Assembly (NCBI GenBank): GCA_963743495.1
Contig: CAVUPO010000003.1
Coordinates: forward strand, 259,738-323,737
Source: an uncultured Actinomycetes bacterium
GTDB lineage: Bacteria > Actinomycetota > Thermoleophilia > Gaiellales > Gaiellaceae
Direction of reading: 5' to 3'
Length of the DNA: 64,000 nt
Shown: positions 41,120-51,239 of the stretch, one piece after another
Position numbering within the stretch: the stretch's first letter is position 1
Layout of the letters: each line of letters begins with the position of its first letter
Position numbers and translations under genes: made by a program
Notes under the pieces: model-generated
Database searches by the model: none
Seen by the model: only the letters and a program-made list of their open reading frames with translations
Told to the model about the DNA's origin: nothing

Positions 41120-42106
41120 CTAGCGGCGGCCGGCCGGTTCGGGCGCGCGCACCAGCTCGACGATCGCCCGTTCGAGGTCGAGCTCACCCGCCAGGCGGCT
41201 GGCGCCCTTGAGCGCGGCGTCGAGGGCCGCAAGCCGGATGACCGCCTCGTCCAGCTCGTCGCGCGTGTAGTTCTCCGCATGGCCGAGCGCCTTGCGGACG
41301 CGGAACTCGTGCTTGCGAAGCCGATTGGCGATGTCCTTCACACCCAGTCCCTCGTCGGCGAGAGCCTGCACCTGGCGGACCAGGCTCACCTGCGAGGAGA
41401 GCCGCATGGCGATCGCGAACGGGTCGGCTCCGCGCTCGAGGTCGGACTGGCAGGCGGTGAGTGCGGCCGGAAGGTCCCGGGCACCCCACGCGTCCATGAT
41501 CGCCCAGGCCGAGGCCTCGTGGGCCGGCGCGGCCAGGAGCTCCACCTCGCGCCTCCCGACCGGCTCGCCGGCGGCCCAGGACGCGATCTTCTCGACCTCC
41601 GCGGCCAAGGCCCAGGCGTCGTCGCCGGCGATCTCGACGAGCGCTCGGGCCGCGTCGGGGTCCGCCCGGAGGCCCACGCGCTCGAACTGCGCGCGCACCC
41701 AGCCGGGCAGGTCGCGCGGCCGGGGCACCTCGAACGTCAGCACCTCCCCGGCCCGCGCGCAGAGGGTCGCGAGGCCCGACCCTTTCAGCTCGCCCGCGAC
41801 GAGCACGAGCACGGCGCCCTCGACCGGGTCGGCGAGGTAGGCGGCGACGGCTTCCTCGTCGGGCTTCTTCCAGCGCTCGACCTCCTCCACGATCACGAGG
41901 CGCGCGCCTCCTTCACCGAAGAGCCCGAGGGAGTTCAGGGTCGCGGTCGCCTCGTCGCCCCCGGCGGTCTCCGCCGAGAGCGTCTCCACCGACTCCTGCC
42001 CGAAGCGCGACCGGAGCCGTTCGAGGGCGCGCCTGATCTTCGGACGATCGCCGCCGGTGAGCAGGTAGATGGGACGAAGGTCGGCCTCGGCCACCGCGCG
42101 CAGCAT
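41120..42106 (-). CDS. holA: DNA polymerase III delta subunit
   Basis: 328 aa, IYLLTGGD...; position between rpsT and comEC as in many Gram-positive genomes. Confidence 0.8.
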   Translation of the reverse strand: MLRAVAEADLRPIYLLTGGDRPKIRRALERLRSRFGQESVETLSAETAGGDEATATLNSLGLFGEGGARLVIVEEVERWKKPDEEAVAAYLADPVEGAVLVLVAGELKGSGLATLCARAGEVLTFEVPRPRDLPGWVRAQFERVGLRADPDAARALVEIAGDDAWALAAEVEKIASWAAGEPVGRREVELLAAPAHEASAWAIMDAWGARDLPAALTACQSDLERGADPFAIAMRLSSQVSLVRQVQALADEGLGVKDIANRLRKHEFRVRKALGHAENYTRDELDEAVIRLAALDAALKGASRLAGELDLERAIVELVRAPEPAGRR

Positions 42107-42108
42107 AG

Positions 42109-44391
42109 TCAGCCGCCTTCCGCGACCGAGATCCGCTCACCGTCGGTCTCGATCGTGACGCGCCCGTCGCGGTCGGTTCGGTACGTGCGCAGGCCCGGGA
42201 AGCCGGCGAGCGCGGCCATCGTCTCGGGCGTGGGGTGGCCGTAGTCGTTTCCCTCGCCGACCGAGATCACGGCGAGACGAGGCCGGACGCGCTCGAGGAG
42301 CTCGGGGAGGAAGGGATCGGCCGAGCCGTGGTGGGCGACCTTGAGGATCTCCGCGGCGGGCGGGTCGATCGGGACAAGGACGTCGCCCTCCGCGTCCGCG
42401 GTCAGGAGCGCGTCCACGTGTCCGTAGGAGGCGAGGACGACGACGGCGTGATTGTTGGGGTCGTCGCCGGCGGAGCCGGGCGCGTCCGGCCAGAGGATCC
42501 GGACTCGCAGGCGACCGACGCGGAAGCTCTCGCCCGCGCGGGCGGGGACCACGGGAACGTGGTGCTCTCTGGCAGCGGCGAGCGCGGCGTCGTGATCCTC
42601 GCTCGACGCCGGGAGGCCGGGGTCGAGCACCGCGCCGACATCGAGCTCGTCGATCACCTCGGCCGCCCCGCCGATGTGATCCCGCTGCGGATGGCTGAGC
42701 ACGAGCGCGGCGAGCCGCTCCACGCCCAGGTCGCCGAGCTGGTCCGCCACCCCGGCCTCCGGTGGGCCCTCGTCGACGAGCACGGCCCCCTCGGCCACCT
42801 GGAGGAGGATCGCGTCGCCCTGGCCGACGTCGAGAACGCTGATGCGGAGTCCCCGCGGAGGTGGCGGGCCCTCGTCCGGCGCGACCTGCCAGGCGATCGC
42901 GAGTGCGAGGAGCAGGCTCCCGAGGGCGACCGAGCGGCGACGGGCCGTCCCGCGCATCCTCACGAGGAGCAGGACGCCCAGGCCGGCAAGGGCCAGCGCT
43001 GCCAATGCTCGCGACGACCCTGCCTGAGCGTAGGGCAGCCCGCCGACCAGCCGCGCGCAGACCGCGAGGTAGGCGGCGAGCCACGCATCGAGCCAGACGA
43101 GGGCCGCGGCGGCGGCTGGCAACACGGGGTGCAGGACGGCGGCCGCGAGCGCGAGCCCGAGGAGAGGCGCGACTACAGGCGCCGCCAGCGCATTCGCGGG
43201 CACCGCATAGACGGGGATCGCACCGAAGTGGAACCAGAGCACCGGCGCGGTCACGAGCCCGCAGGCTGCTGAGACGGCGACCACCTCCGCGAGCCTCGTC
43301 GGCACCGGATAGCCATCGAGGAGCCGGCCGATCCGCGGGACGAGGAGGAAGATCGCCGCGACCGCGCTGAAGGAGAGCTGGAAGCCGGGATCGAGAGCGC
43401 TGTACGGGTTCCAGGCCAGGAGCACGGCAGCCCCGACGAGGAGGAAGTACCAGCGGTCGCGCGGGCGCGAGGCGAGCCATGCGAGCGAGGCGAGCCCGCC
43501 CGCGATCCCGGCCCGGATGACCGACGGCTGCCAGCCGACGGCGAGGACGTAGGCGGTGACCGTGGCGAGCGCGGCGAGCTCACCGAGCCAGCGCGGCAGC
43601 CCGAGCGCCCAGACGAGCAGAATCGTGCCCGCCACCACGTAGGCGACGTTCTGTCCGGAGACGGCGAGCAGGTGGTAGAGGCCGGACGCGCGGAAGTTGT
43701 CGCGGAGGTCGTCGTCGAGCCCCTCGTCCTCGCCCAGGACGACGCCCGCGAGAACGGCGCGCCGCTCCCCGGGCGGCACCGCCTCCAGGGACCGCTCGAC
43801 GCCTCCGCGCAGACGGTCAGCGACTGCGCCGAGGCCTCCTCGACGGCCCACCGCGCGAGCCGCGTCCGCCCGCAGGATCACGTGGACGCCCTGCCGGCGG
43901 AGGTAGCTCGCCTCGTCGAAGTCGCCGTCCTTCTCGGGCTCCCGCGGCCTGGTGACCGTCGCGACGACGTCGAGCACCGCTCCCTGGGGAGGCGCCGCCC
44001 CGGGAGGCAGGTCGAGCCGCGCCCGCTCTCGCAGCGAGCGTCCCCCGAAGCGAAGGACGCGGACGGGCACCCGCACCTCGAACTCGCCCCGGCGCGCCGG
44101 CCCGGTCACCTCCACCCGGGCGGGCGCCGCATGCCCCATCTCCGTCTCGAGCACGCTCCGGTCGAGCGCCTGCAGACGGACTCCTCCCCACCAGAAGCCG
44201 GCCAGGAGGAGCGAGCCTGCGAGAAGGGGGACGCGGAGCCGCCCCGCCGCCGGCACGCCGGCGGCCAGGCCGAGCGCGGCGAGCAGAAAGCCCGCGTGGG
44301 CCCCGCCGGGGAGGAGGGCAAGCGCGAGGCCCACGCAGAGGGAGCCGGCGAGGAGGTGCACCGGCGGCACGCGCGCCAGACGATCCGCCAC
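42109..44391 (-). CDS. comEC: DNA internalisation competence protein ComEC/Rec2 with C-terminal metallo-beta-lactamase domain
   Basis: 760-aa polytopic ORF (SGLYHLLAVSGQNV). MBL part VLDVGQGDAILL and SHPQRDHIGG. Confidence 0.85.
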   Translation of the reverse strand: MADRLARVPPVHLLAGSLCVGLALALLPGGAHAGFLLAALGLAAGVPAAGRLRVPLLAGSLLLAGFWWGGVRLQALDRSVLETEMGHAAPARVEVTGPARRGEFEVRVPVRVLRFGGRSLRERARLDLPPGAAPPQGAVLDVVATVTRPREPEKDGDFDEASYLRRQGVHVILRADAARAVGRRGGLGAVADRLRGGVERSLEAVPPGERRAVLAGVVLGEDEGLDDDLRDNFRASGLYHLLAVSGQNVAYVVAGTILLVWALGLPRWLGELAALATVTAYVLAVGWQPSVIRAGIAGGLASLAWLASRPRDRWYFLLVGAAVLLAWNPYSALDPGFQLSFSAVAAIFLLVPRIGRLLDGYPVPTRLAEVVAVSAACGLVTAPVLWFHFGAIPVYAVPANALAAPVVAPLLGLALAAAVLHPVLPAAAAALVWLDAWLAAYLAVCARLVGGLPYAQAGSSRALAALALAGLGVLLLVRMRGTARRRSVALGSLLLALAIAWQVAPDEGPPPPRGLRISVLDVGQGDAILLQVAEGAVLVDEGPPEAGVADQLGDLGVERLAALVLSHPQRDHIGGAAEVIDELDVGAVLDPGLPASSEDHDAALAAAREHHVPVVPARAGESFRVGRLRVRILWPDAPGSAGDDPNNHAVVVLASYGHVDALLTADAEGDVLVPIDPPAAEILKVAHHGSADPFLPELLERVRPRLAVISVGEGNDYGHPTPETMAALAGFPGLRTYRTDRDGRVTIETDGERISVAEGG

Positions 44392-44406
44392 GACCCACGC
44401 AGCCCG

Positions 44407-44997
44407 TCACAGGTCGACCAGCGGAGTGAGCTGCTCGAGTCGCGCGGGCCCGATCCCGGGGACGGCGTCGAGCTCCTCCACCGAGCGAAAGGCTCCGTTG
44501 GCAGTGCGGTAGTCGAGGATCTGCTGCGCGGTCACCGGCCCGACCCCGGGCAGCTCGTCGAGCTGCTCGAGCGTCGCCGAGTTGAGGTGAACCTTCCCGC
44601 CCGCGGCGGCCGCCCCCGGCCCCGCCGCCCCGCCGGCTGCAGTCGCCACGGCCCCGGCCTGCGGGACGACGACCTGCTGCCCGTCCGCGACGGGAGCCGC
44701 GAGGTTGACGAGGTCGAGCGCCGCCTTCGGCCGGGCCCCGCCGGCCTCCGCGATCGCGTCATCGATGCGGCTGCCGTCGGGCAGGCGGTAGAGTCCCGGC
44801 CGCAAGACCGCCCCGGCGACGTGGACGACGAGCTCTCGCGGCGGCGCCTCCTGGACGTCGAGGGCGACCGACTGCGAGCCGGCGGCAGGATCCGACCCGC
44901 CCGCCCCGAGCACGACGCGGCCCGCGACGGTTAGGACCACCAGGAGGGCGATCGCGTAGGCGACCGCCTGCGCGCGCGAGACGGAGGGCATGCGCAC
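44407..44997 (-). CDS. comEA: ComEA family DNA-binding protein (membrane anchor, SLBB-like region, helix-hairpin-helix)
   Basis: VHVAGAVLRPGLYRLPDGSRIDDAI, NSATLEQLDELPGVGPVTAQQILDYR. Confidence 0.8.
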   Translation of the reverse strand: MRMPSVSRAQAVAYAIALLVVLTVAGRVVLGAGGSDPAAGSQSVALDVQEAPPRELVVHVAGAVLRPGLYRLPDGSRIDDAIAEAGGARPKAALDLVNLAAPVADGQQVVVPQAGAVATAAGGAAGPGAAAAGGKVHLNSATLEQLDELPGVGPVTAQQILDYRTANGAFRSVEELDAVPGIGPARLEQLTPLVDL

Positions 44998-45255
44998 GGC
45001 TCAGGGTCGGCCCGGCCAGGCGTAGGTAACGACGAGCCGTGGGCGAACCGCGCCGGCCGCCGCGGGCCCCGACAACCCCGGAAGCCGCATCGCCAGGGGG
45101 AAGAGCGCACGTCGCATGGCCGGAATGGTCGCGCGGGAAAGCGCGCGGGTGGGTCACGGACCATGCCAACATCGTCGCGAGAGTCAGCCGCATTCTCCGC
45201 GGGCTGCCGCGGCGGCCCGTGTTCGGGCGGGCGCCTTGCGGGTATCTCCCTGAAC

Positions 45256-46653
45256 ATGCTCGTCTGGATCAAGAGCCGCTGGCAGAACGCCGTGCGCGGC
45301 TTCTGGCTCTTCCCGGGATTGACCGCGCTCGCCCTCGCGCTGCTCGCCCTCGTCCTCGTCGAGGTCGACCGAAGCGCAGGCGCGGGCGGGATCGGGCACG
45401 CCTTCGACGGGGACGCGTCGGCGGCCCGCTCGATCCTGACGACCGTCGGGGCGACGCTGATCACCGTCGCGGGCCTCGCGTTCTCGATCACGGTCGTCAC
45501 GGTTCAGCTCGTCTCGAGCCAGTTCAGCCCGCGGACGCTGCGGAGCTTCCTCGCCGACCGGCCCAGCCAGGTGATCGCCGGCGCCTTCGTCGGCATCTTC
45601 GCGTACTGCCTGCTCGTGCTCCGGACCGTCCGTGACGGGGGGCAGGCGAACGCCGGGTTCGTGCCCTCTCTGAGCGTGTCGGTCTCGATCGGTCTCGGCC
45701 TGGTCGGGCTCGTGCTCCTCCTCGTCTTCATTCACCGGATCACGCAGGTGATCAAGGTGGAGAACATCACCGGCCGCGTGGCGGCCGAGACCTTCGCCGC
45801 GATCGAGCGCCGGTATCCGGACGAGGTCGCGCCCCTCACCGGCCCGGAGCCCGCCGAGCTGCTCGCGTCCTGGGAGGCGGTCGCCCGCCCTGCCCTCGTC
45901 TGCCCGGCCAGCCCGGGCTACGTACGAGACGTCGCGGTCGAGGGGCTCGGGGAGCTGGGGCTTCCCGACGAGACCCGGGTCGAGGTCACCGTCGCGGCGG
46001 GGGCGCAGGTGACGACCTCGACGCCGCTCATGCGGCTCTGGTGTCCGGGCCCCCTCGACGACGAGACGCTCGAGGGGCTCCGCAAGCTCGTCGACGTCCA
46101 GCGGGAGCGCGACGTCGCGGGCGACGTCGGCTTCGGGATCCGTCAGCTTGCCGACGTGGCGCTCCGGGCCCTCTCCCCCGGCGTCAACGACCCCACGACC
46201 GCCGTGACCTGCATCGGCTACCTGCAGGAGTCCTTCGAGCGCCTCGCCGGCAGGGCCTTCCCGGACCGTGTCCGGCGGCTCGACGGCGAGATCGTCGTCG
46301 CGATCGTGGTCGTCGGCTTCGAGGAGCTCCTACGGGAGCCGTTCGACGAGCTGGGCCGCTACGCCTCGGCGGATGCCCGCGTGGCCGTGGCCCTGCTCGA
46401 CGCCCTCGCCGGCATCGCCGCTGCTGCGCGCAGGGCCGGGGCCGGCGCGCGGCTGGAGGCCGCGGCGGAGATCGCGGAGCACGTCGCCGCGCTCGCCCTC
46501 CACGACGCCCGGATCGACTCCGACCGGGCGCTCGTCGCCCGGGGCCTGGGGCGCGTCCGCGCCGGCGCCGGCTACCCGATGCAGGGGCCGGACGACACGG
46601 GGCGGAGCCGCTCGTCCGCCGCGTCGAGCACGAGGTCGACCGGGACGGCGTAG
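45256..46653 (+). CDS. DUF2254-like membrane protein
   Basis: FWLFPGLTALALALLALVLVEVD, TVVTVQLVSSQFSPR, GVNDPTTAV. The start was chosen at the ATG 45256 inside ORF 45163..46653. The last ~27 codons overlap the convergent gene. Confidence 0.6.
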   Translation: MLVWIKSRWQNAVRGFWLFPGLTALALALLALVLVEVDRSAGAGGIGHAFDGDASAARSILTTVGATLITVAGLAFSITVVTVQLVSSQFSPRTLRSFLADRPSQVIAGAFVGIFAYCLLVLRTVRDGGQANAGFVPSLSVSVSIGLGLVGLVLLLVFIHRITQVIKVENITGRVAAETFAAIERRYPDEVAPLTGPEPAELLASWEAVARPALVCPASPGYVRDVAVEGLGELGLPDETRVEVTVAAGAQVTTSTPLMRLWCPGPLDDETLEGLRKLVDVQRERDVAGDVGFGIRQLADVALRALSPGVNDPTTAVTCIGYLQESFERLAGRAFPDRVRRLDGEIVVAIVVVGFEELLREPFDELGRYASADARVAVALLDALAGIAAAARRAGAGARLEAAAEIAEHVAALALHDARIDSDRALVARGLGRVRAGAGYPMQGPDDTGRSRSSAASSTRSTGTA

Positions 46654-47702
46654 CCGCCCCGGTGGTCCCGCGTCCCGCCGAAGATCATCGCCACCACGCG
46701 TCCGCGGCGATCCACCACCGCCCCGCCGCTCTCGCCGGGGCGCACGGGACCGCGTAGAGGGACAACGACGCGCGGCCGCGTCCGCTCGCCGTAGGCGTCC
46801 GGGGAGAGCACGGTGCGCGAGGCGCCGGCCGTGCCGGCGATGGCCGTCAGGGCTCCGTTCCGTGGGTAGCCGAGAAAGACGACGGGACGCGACCGGTCGG
46901 CGCGCGTGTTCGTCCGCAGGACCGGCAGGTCGAGCCCGCGGACGCGCATGAGCGCGATGTCGTTCGTCGGGTCGACGTAGACGGGCACCGCGGAGGCGAC
47001 CTGACCGTTCGGCGCGAGGACGCTCGTGCCTGTGTGGCCGGCGATCACGTGGGCGTTCGTGGCGACGAGACCCCGGCGCACGACCCAGCCGGAGCCCTGG
47101 GTGCCGAGGCCGCAGGCGGTTCCCTGCAGCTTGACGACGGAGCCGGCGGCCGCCCGGGCGCCGGGGCTCTCGAGGACGCTCGCGTCGGGCGGTGGCAGCG
47201 TCTCCTCGAGCCCGGGCAGCAGGGGAAGCGGGTCGAGTCGGTTGAGCGCCTGCAGCAGGCGCTCCGGCGGGACCGCGCTCAACAAGCGGGGCAGGATCGC
47301 CGACGAGCGCACCTCCGCCCGGAGGCCGAGGGACGGCTGGTGGATGGCGAGCACCGCGAGCAGCCACCCGATCGCCAGCGCGATCAGGCCGCCGAGCAGG
47401 ATGCCGCCGACCCGGTCGACGACCGCGAGCGTCGGCTGCGCCGCGAGGAAGAGCCGAACCGGCCTCCCGAGGAAGCCGGCGAGCGTCCCGAGCACGAACG
47501 CGCCCACGAGAGCCCCCAGGAGCCCCGCGACGGGGAGCCAGGCGGAGTTGTCCGAGAAGAAGTGCGGGGCGAGCAGCGAGCCGAGGAGAGCGCCGAGCGC
47601 GAGCCCGGCCAGAGAGAGCGCCTGGGCGGCCAGGCCGCGATGGGCCCCGACGATCGAGAACGCCGCCACGGCGAGCAGCAGGAGAACGTCGACGGCGTTC
47701 AC
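46572..47702 (-). CDS. CvpA-like membrane domain fused to a trypsin-like (S1) serine protease (MarP-like architecture)
   Basis: Four N-terminal hydrophobic segments. GSGWVV...ATNAHV, NDIALMRV, GESGGAVV (His/Asp/Ser triad contexts). Confidence 0.75.
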   Translation of the reverse strand: MNAVDVLLLLAVAAFSIVGAHRGLAAQALSLAGLALGALLGSLLAPHFFSDNSAWLPVAGLLGALVGAFVLGTLAGFLGRPVRLFLAAQPTLAVVDRVGGILLGGLIALAIGWLLAVLAIHQPSLGLRAEVRSSAILPRLLSAVPPERLLQALNRLDPLPLLPGLEETLPPPDASVLESPGARAAAGSVVKLQGTACGLGTQGSGWVVRRGLVATNAHVIAGHTGTSVLAPNGQVASAVPVYVDPTNDIALMRVRGLDLPVLRTNTRADRSRPVVFLGYPRNGALTAIAGTAGASRTVLSPDAYGERTRPRVVVPLRGPVRPGESGGAVVDRRGRVVAMIFGGTRDHRGGYAVPVDLVLDAADERLRPVSSGPCIG

Positions 47703-47723
47703 CCGGATAAGGGTACGGCCCGG

Positions 47724-50174
47724 CTAGACGACCAGGTTGATCAGCTTGCCCGGGACGACGATCTCCTTGCGGATCGCCTTGCCGTCCACGTGGGCGCGCA
47801 CGCGCGGCAACTCCTTCGCGCGAGCGAGGAGCTCCGGCTCCGACAGGCTCACCGGCACCTCGACCTTGTCGCGCACCCGCCCGTTCACCTGGACGACGAG
47901 CTCGAAGGTCTCGCGCTCGAGCAGCGCCGGGTCGGCCTCGGGCCAGGGGGCCGTCCAGAGCCGCTCACGGCCGAGGCGACCCCACAGCTCCTCCGCCAGG
48001 TGCGGCGCGTAGGGCTCGATCAGGCTGACGGCGGTCTCCGTGGCGAAGCGCACCTCACCCGCTCGCGTCGCGTCGTCCTTCACGTGGTAGATGTCGTTGA
48101 CGAGCTCGATCACGGCCGCGATCGGCGTGTTGAACTGGAAGCGGCGGAGGATGTCGTCGGAGACCTTGGCGATCGCCTCGTGGGCGCGACGCACGAGCGG
48201 ACCGTCGGCGGGGACCTCCACAGGCCCGGCCTCCGCGACCTCGAGCCCGAGCCGCCAGAGCCGGCCGAGGAAGCGAGCCATGCCGTCGATGCCGGTGTCC
48301 TGCCACTCGATGTCGTCCTCCGCCGGCCCCATGTAGAGGATGTAGAGGCGCACCGCGTCGGCGCCGTGCTGCGCGATCAGGTCGTCGGGGGTGAGGACGT
48401 TTCCCTTCGACTTGGACATCTTCGCGCCGAGGTAGTGGATCATTCCCTGCGTGAAGAGCCGGAGGAACGGCTCGCGGAAGCCGAGCAGGCCGATGTCGTT
48501 CAGCACCTTCACGAAGAAGCGCGCGTACAGCAGGTGGAGGATGGCGTGCTCGACGCCGCCGATGTACTGATTGACGGGGAGCCAGTAGTCGGCGATCTCC
48601 CGGTTCCAGGGCGCCTCGCCGTTCTCTGCGTCGCAGTAGCGGATGAAGTACCAGGAGGAGTCGACGAACGTGTCCATCGTGTCCGTCTCCCGGTGCGCCT
48701 CGCCGCCGCAGCGCGGGCAGCTCGCGTGCACCCAGTCCTCGGCGGCGGCCAGCGGCGAGCGGCCCTTGGGCAGGTACTCGTCCACCTCGGGAAGGAGGAC
48801 GGGCAGGTCCTCATCCGGGACGGGCACCATCCCGCAGGACTCGCAGTAGAGGATCGGGATCGGGCAGCCCCAGTAGCGCTGGCGTGAGAGCAGCCAGTCG
48901 CGCAGCCGGTAGCTGACCGCGGGCTTCCCCAGGTCGCGGGACTCGAGCCACTCGACGATCGCCCGCGTCCCCTCCTCGGCGGGAAGGCCCGTGAACTGGG
49001 CGGAGTCGACGAGGCGCTCGCCCTCGGCGTGCGGGACGTACTCGCCCTCCTCGAGCTCGTCGCCCGGCGGCGCGACGACGACCTTCACCGGCAGCTCGTA
49101 CCGGCGGGCGAACTCGAAGTCGCGCTCGTCGTGGGCCGGGACGGCCATGATCGCGCCGGTGCCGTACTCCATGAGAACGTAGTCGGCAACCCAGATCGGG
49201 ATCCGCTGCTCGTTCACCGGGTTGGTGACGAACGCGCCCGTGGGGACGCCGGTCTTCTCCTTCTCGGGGTCGGCGCGCTCGATCGCCGAGCGGCCGGCGG
49301 CGAGGCGCACGTAGTCGAGCACCTCCTCCTCGTGCGGAGTCCCGGCGACGAGCTCCGGCACGAGCGGGTGCTCGGGGGCGAGCACGAAGAACGTGGCCCC
49401 GAAGAGCGTGTCCGGCCGGGTGGTGAAGACGGGGATGTCCTCCTCCAGCTCGTCGACCCGGAACAGCACCTCGGCCCCCTCCGAGCGCCCGATCCAGTTG
49501 CGCTGCATCGTGAGGACGTGCTCGGGCCACGACTCGAGCAGGCTCATCTCGTCGAGCAGCCTGTCGGCATAGGCCGTGATGCGGAAGAACCACTGCTCGA
49601 GGCTCCGGCGCTCGACCTCGGCCCCGCACCGCTCGCAGCGCCCGTCGATCACCTGCTCGTTCGCGAGCACCGTCTGGTCGTTCGGGCACCAGTTGACGGG
49701 CGCCTCCCTGCGGTAGGCGAGCCCCTGCTCGAAGAAGCGGAGGAAGAGCCACTGCGTCCAGCGGTAGTAGGCGGGGTCGGACGTGGAGACCTCGCGGTCC
49801 CAGTCGATCGCCCAGCCCATCCGGCGCATCTGCTGGCGGATCGCGGCGATGTTCCGCTCGGTGACGAGGCGGGGGTGCCCGCCCTCACGAATGGCCGCGT
49901 TCTCGGCCGGGAGGCCGAAGGCGTCGTAGCCCATCGGCCGCAGCACGCGCAGGCCCATCCGGCGGCGAACGCGGGCGAGGACATCGCCGAGCGTGTAGTT
50001 CTTCACGTGCCCCATGTGGAGCTCGCCCGAGGGGTACGGGAGCATCTCCAGCACGTACGTGTGCTCGGAGTCCATCTCCTCGGGATGGCTCGGGTTCGGG
50101 ACGGAGAACGCGCGCTCGCGCTCCCACGCGTCCTGCCACTTCAGCTCGATCGTCTCGGGGTCGTATCGCTCCAT
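47724..50174 (-). CDS. leuS: Leucyl-tRNA synthetase
   Basis: Intact 816-aa [14 protein letters not shown] (HIGH) and KMSKSKGN (KMSKS). Confidence 0.95.
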   Translation of the reverse strand: MERYDPETIELKWQDAWERERAFSVPNPSHPEEMDSEHTYVLEMLPYPSGELHMGHVKNYTLGDVLARVRRRMGLRVLRPMGYDAFGLPAENAAIREGGHPRLVTERNIAAIRQQMRRMGWAIDWDREVSTSDPAYYRWTQWLFLRFFEQGLAYRREAPVNWCPNDQTVLANEQVIDGRCERCGAEVERRSLEQWFFRITAYADRLLDEMSLLESWPEHVLTMQRNWIGRSEGAEVLFRVDELEEDIPVFTTRPDTLFGATFFVLAPEHPLVPELVAGTPHEEEVLDYVRLAAGRSAIERADPEKEKTGVPTGAFVTNPVNEQRIPIWVADYVLMEYGTGAIMAVPAHDERDFEFARRYELPVKVVVAPPGDELEEGEYVPHAEGERLVDSAQFTGLPAEEGTRAIVEWLESRDLGKPAVSYRLRDWLLSRQRYWGCPIPILYCESCGMVPVPDEDLPVLLPEVDEYLPKGRSPLAAAEDWVHASCPRCGGEAHRETDTMDTFVDSSWYFIRYCDAENGEAPWNREIADYWLPVNQYIGGVEHAILHLLYARFFVKVLNDIGLLGFREPFLRLFTQGMIHYLGAKMSKSKGNVLTPDDLIAQHGADAVRLYILYMGPAEDDIEWQDTGIDGMARFLGRLWRLGLEVAEAGPVEVPADGPLVRRAHEAIAKVSDDILRRFQFNTPIAAVIELVNDIYHVKDDATRAGEVRFATETAVSLIEPYAPHLAEELWGRLGRERLWTAPWPEADPALLERETFELVVQVNGRVRDKVEVPVSLSEPELLARAKELPRVRAHVDGKAIRKEIVVPGKLINLVV

Positions 50175-50187
50175 GGGCTCCGTCTAC

Positions 50188-50213
50188 GAAAACGCCTCTC
50201 GTCTGAGAGGCGC
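50188..50213 (-). terminator. Terminator-like hairpin plus U-run inside the leuS 5' leader, 18 nt before the ATG
   Basis: The minus strand reads GCGCCTCTC-AGAC-GAGAGGCG-UUUUCG, followed by UAGACGGAGCCC-AUG. Confidence 0.4.
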
Positions 50214-50377
50214 TCGGGAGGAGACGGGCGGCGCCGTGCGCCACCTGCGCGCTCCCTGACTCAGGAAAGGAGAGTTGCCATTTCGGCCACGAATCTTAGC
50301 GCCGCCTCCGGCCTCGTCCTCGCCGGGGCCGGTCGCGGAGGTGCAGCACGGAATCCGAAGGCTGGCAGAATCGGGAC

Positions 50378-51208
50378 GTGATCTCCACGTACTCGATCGC
50401 CGCCTGCGACCTCGAGGAGGGCGAGTGGGGCGTCGCCGTGCAGTCGAGGTTCCTCGCCGTCGGCGCCGCCGTCCCGGCGGCGGAGCCCGAGGTCGGCGCG
50501 ATCGCGACGCAGGCATGGGCCAACCTCGCCTACCGCCCCCGGGGCCTGGAGCTCCTGCGGGACGGCCACGCCGCCGAGGAGGTCGTACGCGTCCTCGTCG
50601 GCCCCGACGAGAGACGGGAGCACCGTCAGGTGGGGGTCGTGGACGCGTTCGGGCAGGCGGCGACCTACACCGGCTCGGAGTGCCTCGACTGGGCGGGTGG
50701 GGCGACGGGCCCGGGCTACGCGGCGCAGGGCAACATCCTCGTCTCCGCCGCAACCGTGGAGGCGCTCGCTGCGACCTTCGAGGGCTCCCGGGGCGCTCCG
50801 CTAGCGGAGCGCCTGCTCCGCTGCCTCGCCGCCGCGCAGGCCGCCGGCGGAGACCGCCGGGGGCAGCAGTCTGCCTCCCTCCTCGTCGTCCGCAAGGACG
50901 GCGGCTACGGAGCGACGAGCGACGTCGCCGTCGACCTCCGCGTGGACGACCATGCACGGCCCGTCCAGGAGCTCGAGCGCATCTTCCGCCTGCACGACCT
51001 CCTCTTCGGACAGACGCCGGAGGACGAGTGGCTGGAGGTCGATGCCCGGCTCGCCGCCGAGATCTCAGGACGCCTCGCCGCGCTCGGGCACGAAGGAGCG
51101 CTCGAAGAGGCACTCGCCGCCTGGGCGGGCACGGAGAACCTGGAGGAGCGGGTGCGCGGCGCCGACCGGATCGACCCGGTCGTCCTCGCCGAGTTGCGGG
51201 CGCGCTAG
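50378..51208 (+). CDS. DUF1028 family (Ntn-hydrolase-like) protein
   Basis: GTG start. STYSIAACD, GVAVQSRFLAVGA, QGNIL, GGDRRGQQSA. Confidence 0.7.
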   Translation: MISTYSIAACDLEEGEWGVAVQSRFLAVGAAVPAAEPEVGAIATQAWANLAYRPRGLELLRDGHAAEEVVRVLVGPDERREHRQVGVVDAFGQAATYTGSECLDWAGGATGPGYAAQGNILVSAATVEALAATFEGSRGAPLAERLLRCLAAAQAAGGDRRGQQSASLLVVRKDGGYGATSDVAVDLRVDDHARPVQELERIFRLHDLLFGQTPEDEWLEVDARLAAEISGRLAALGHEGALEEALAAWAGTENLEERVRGADRIDPVVLAELRAR

Positions 51209-51239
51209 TGCCGCCGCGGCCGGATGCCATCATCCCGGG

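Noticed and set aside
50175-50377. T-box riboswitch upstream of leuS
   Set aside because: The best T-box-like string is GGUGGCGCACGGCG, which does not fit the conserved GGGUGGNACCGCG box. UGGC would pair with a G discriminator, whereas the tRNA-Leu in this window has A. I could not find Stem-I GA/AGAGA elements or a specifier loop. Only a covariance-model scan could overturn this.
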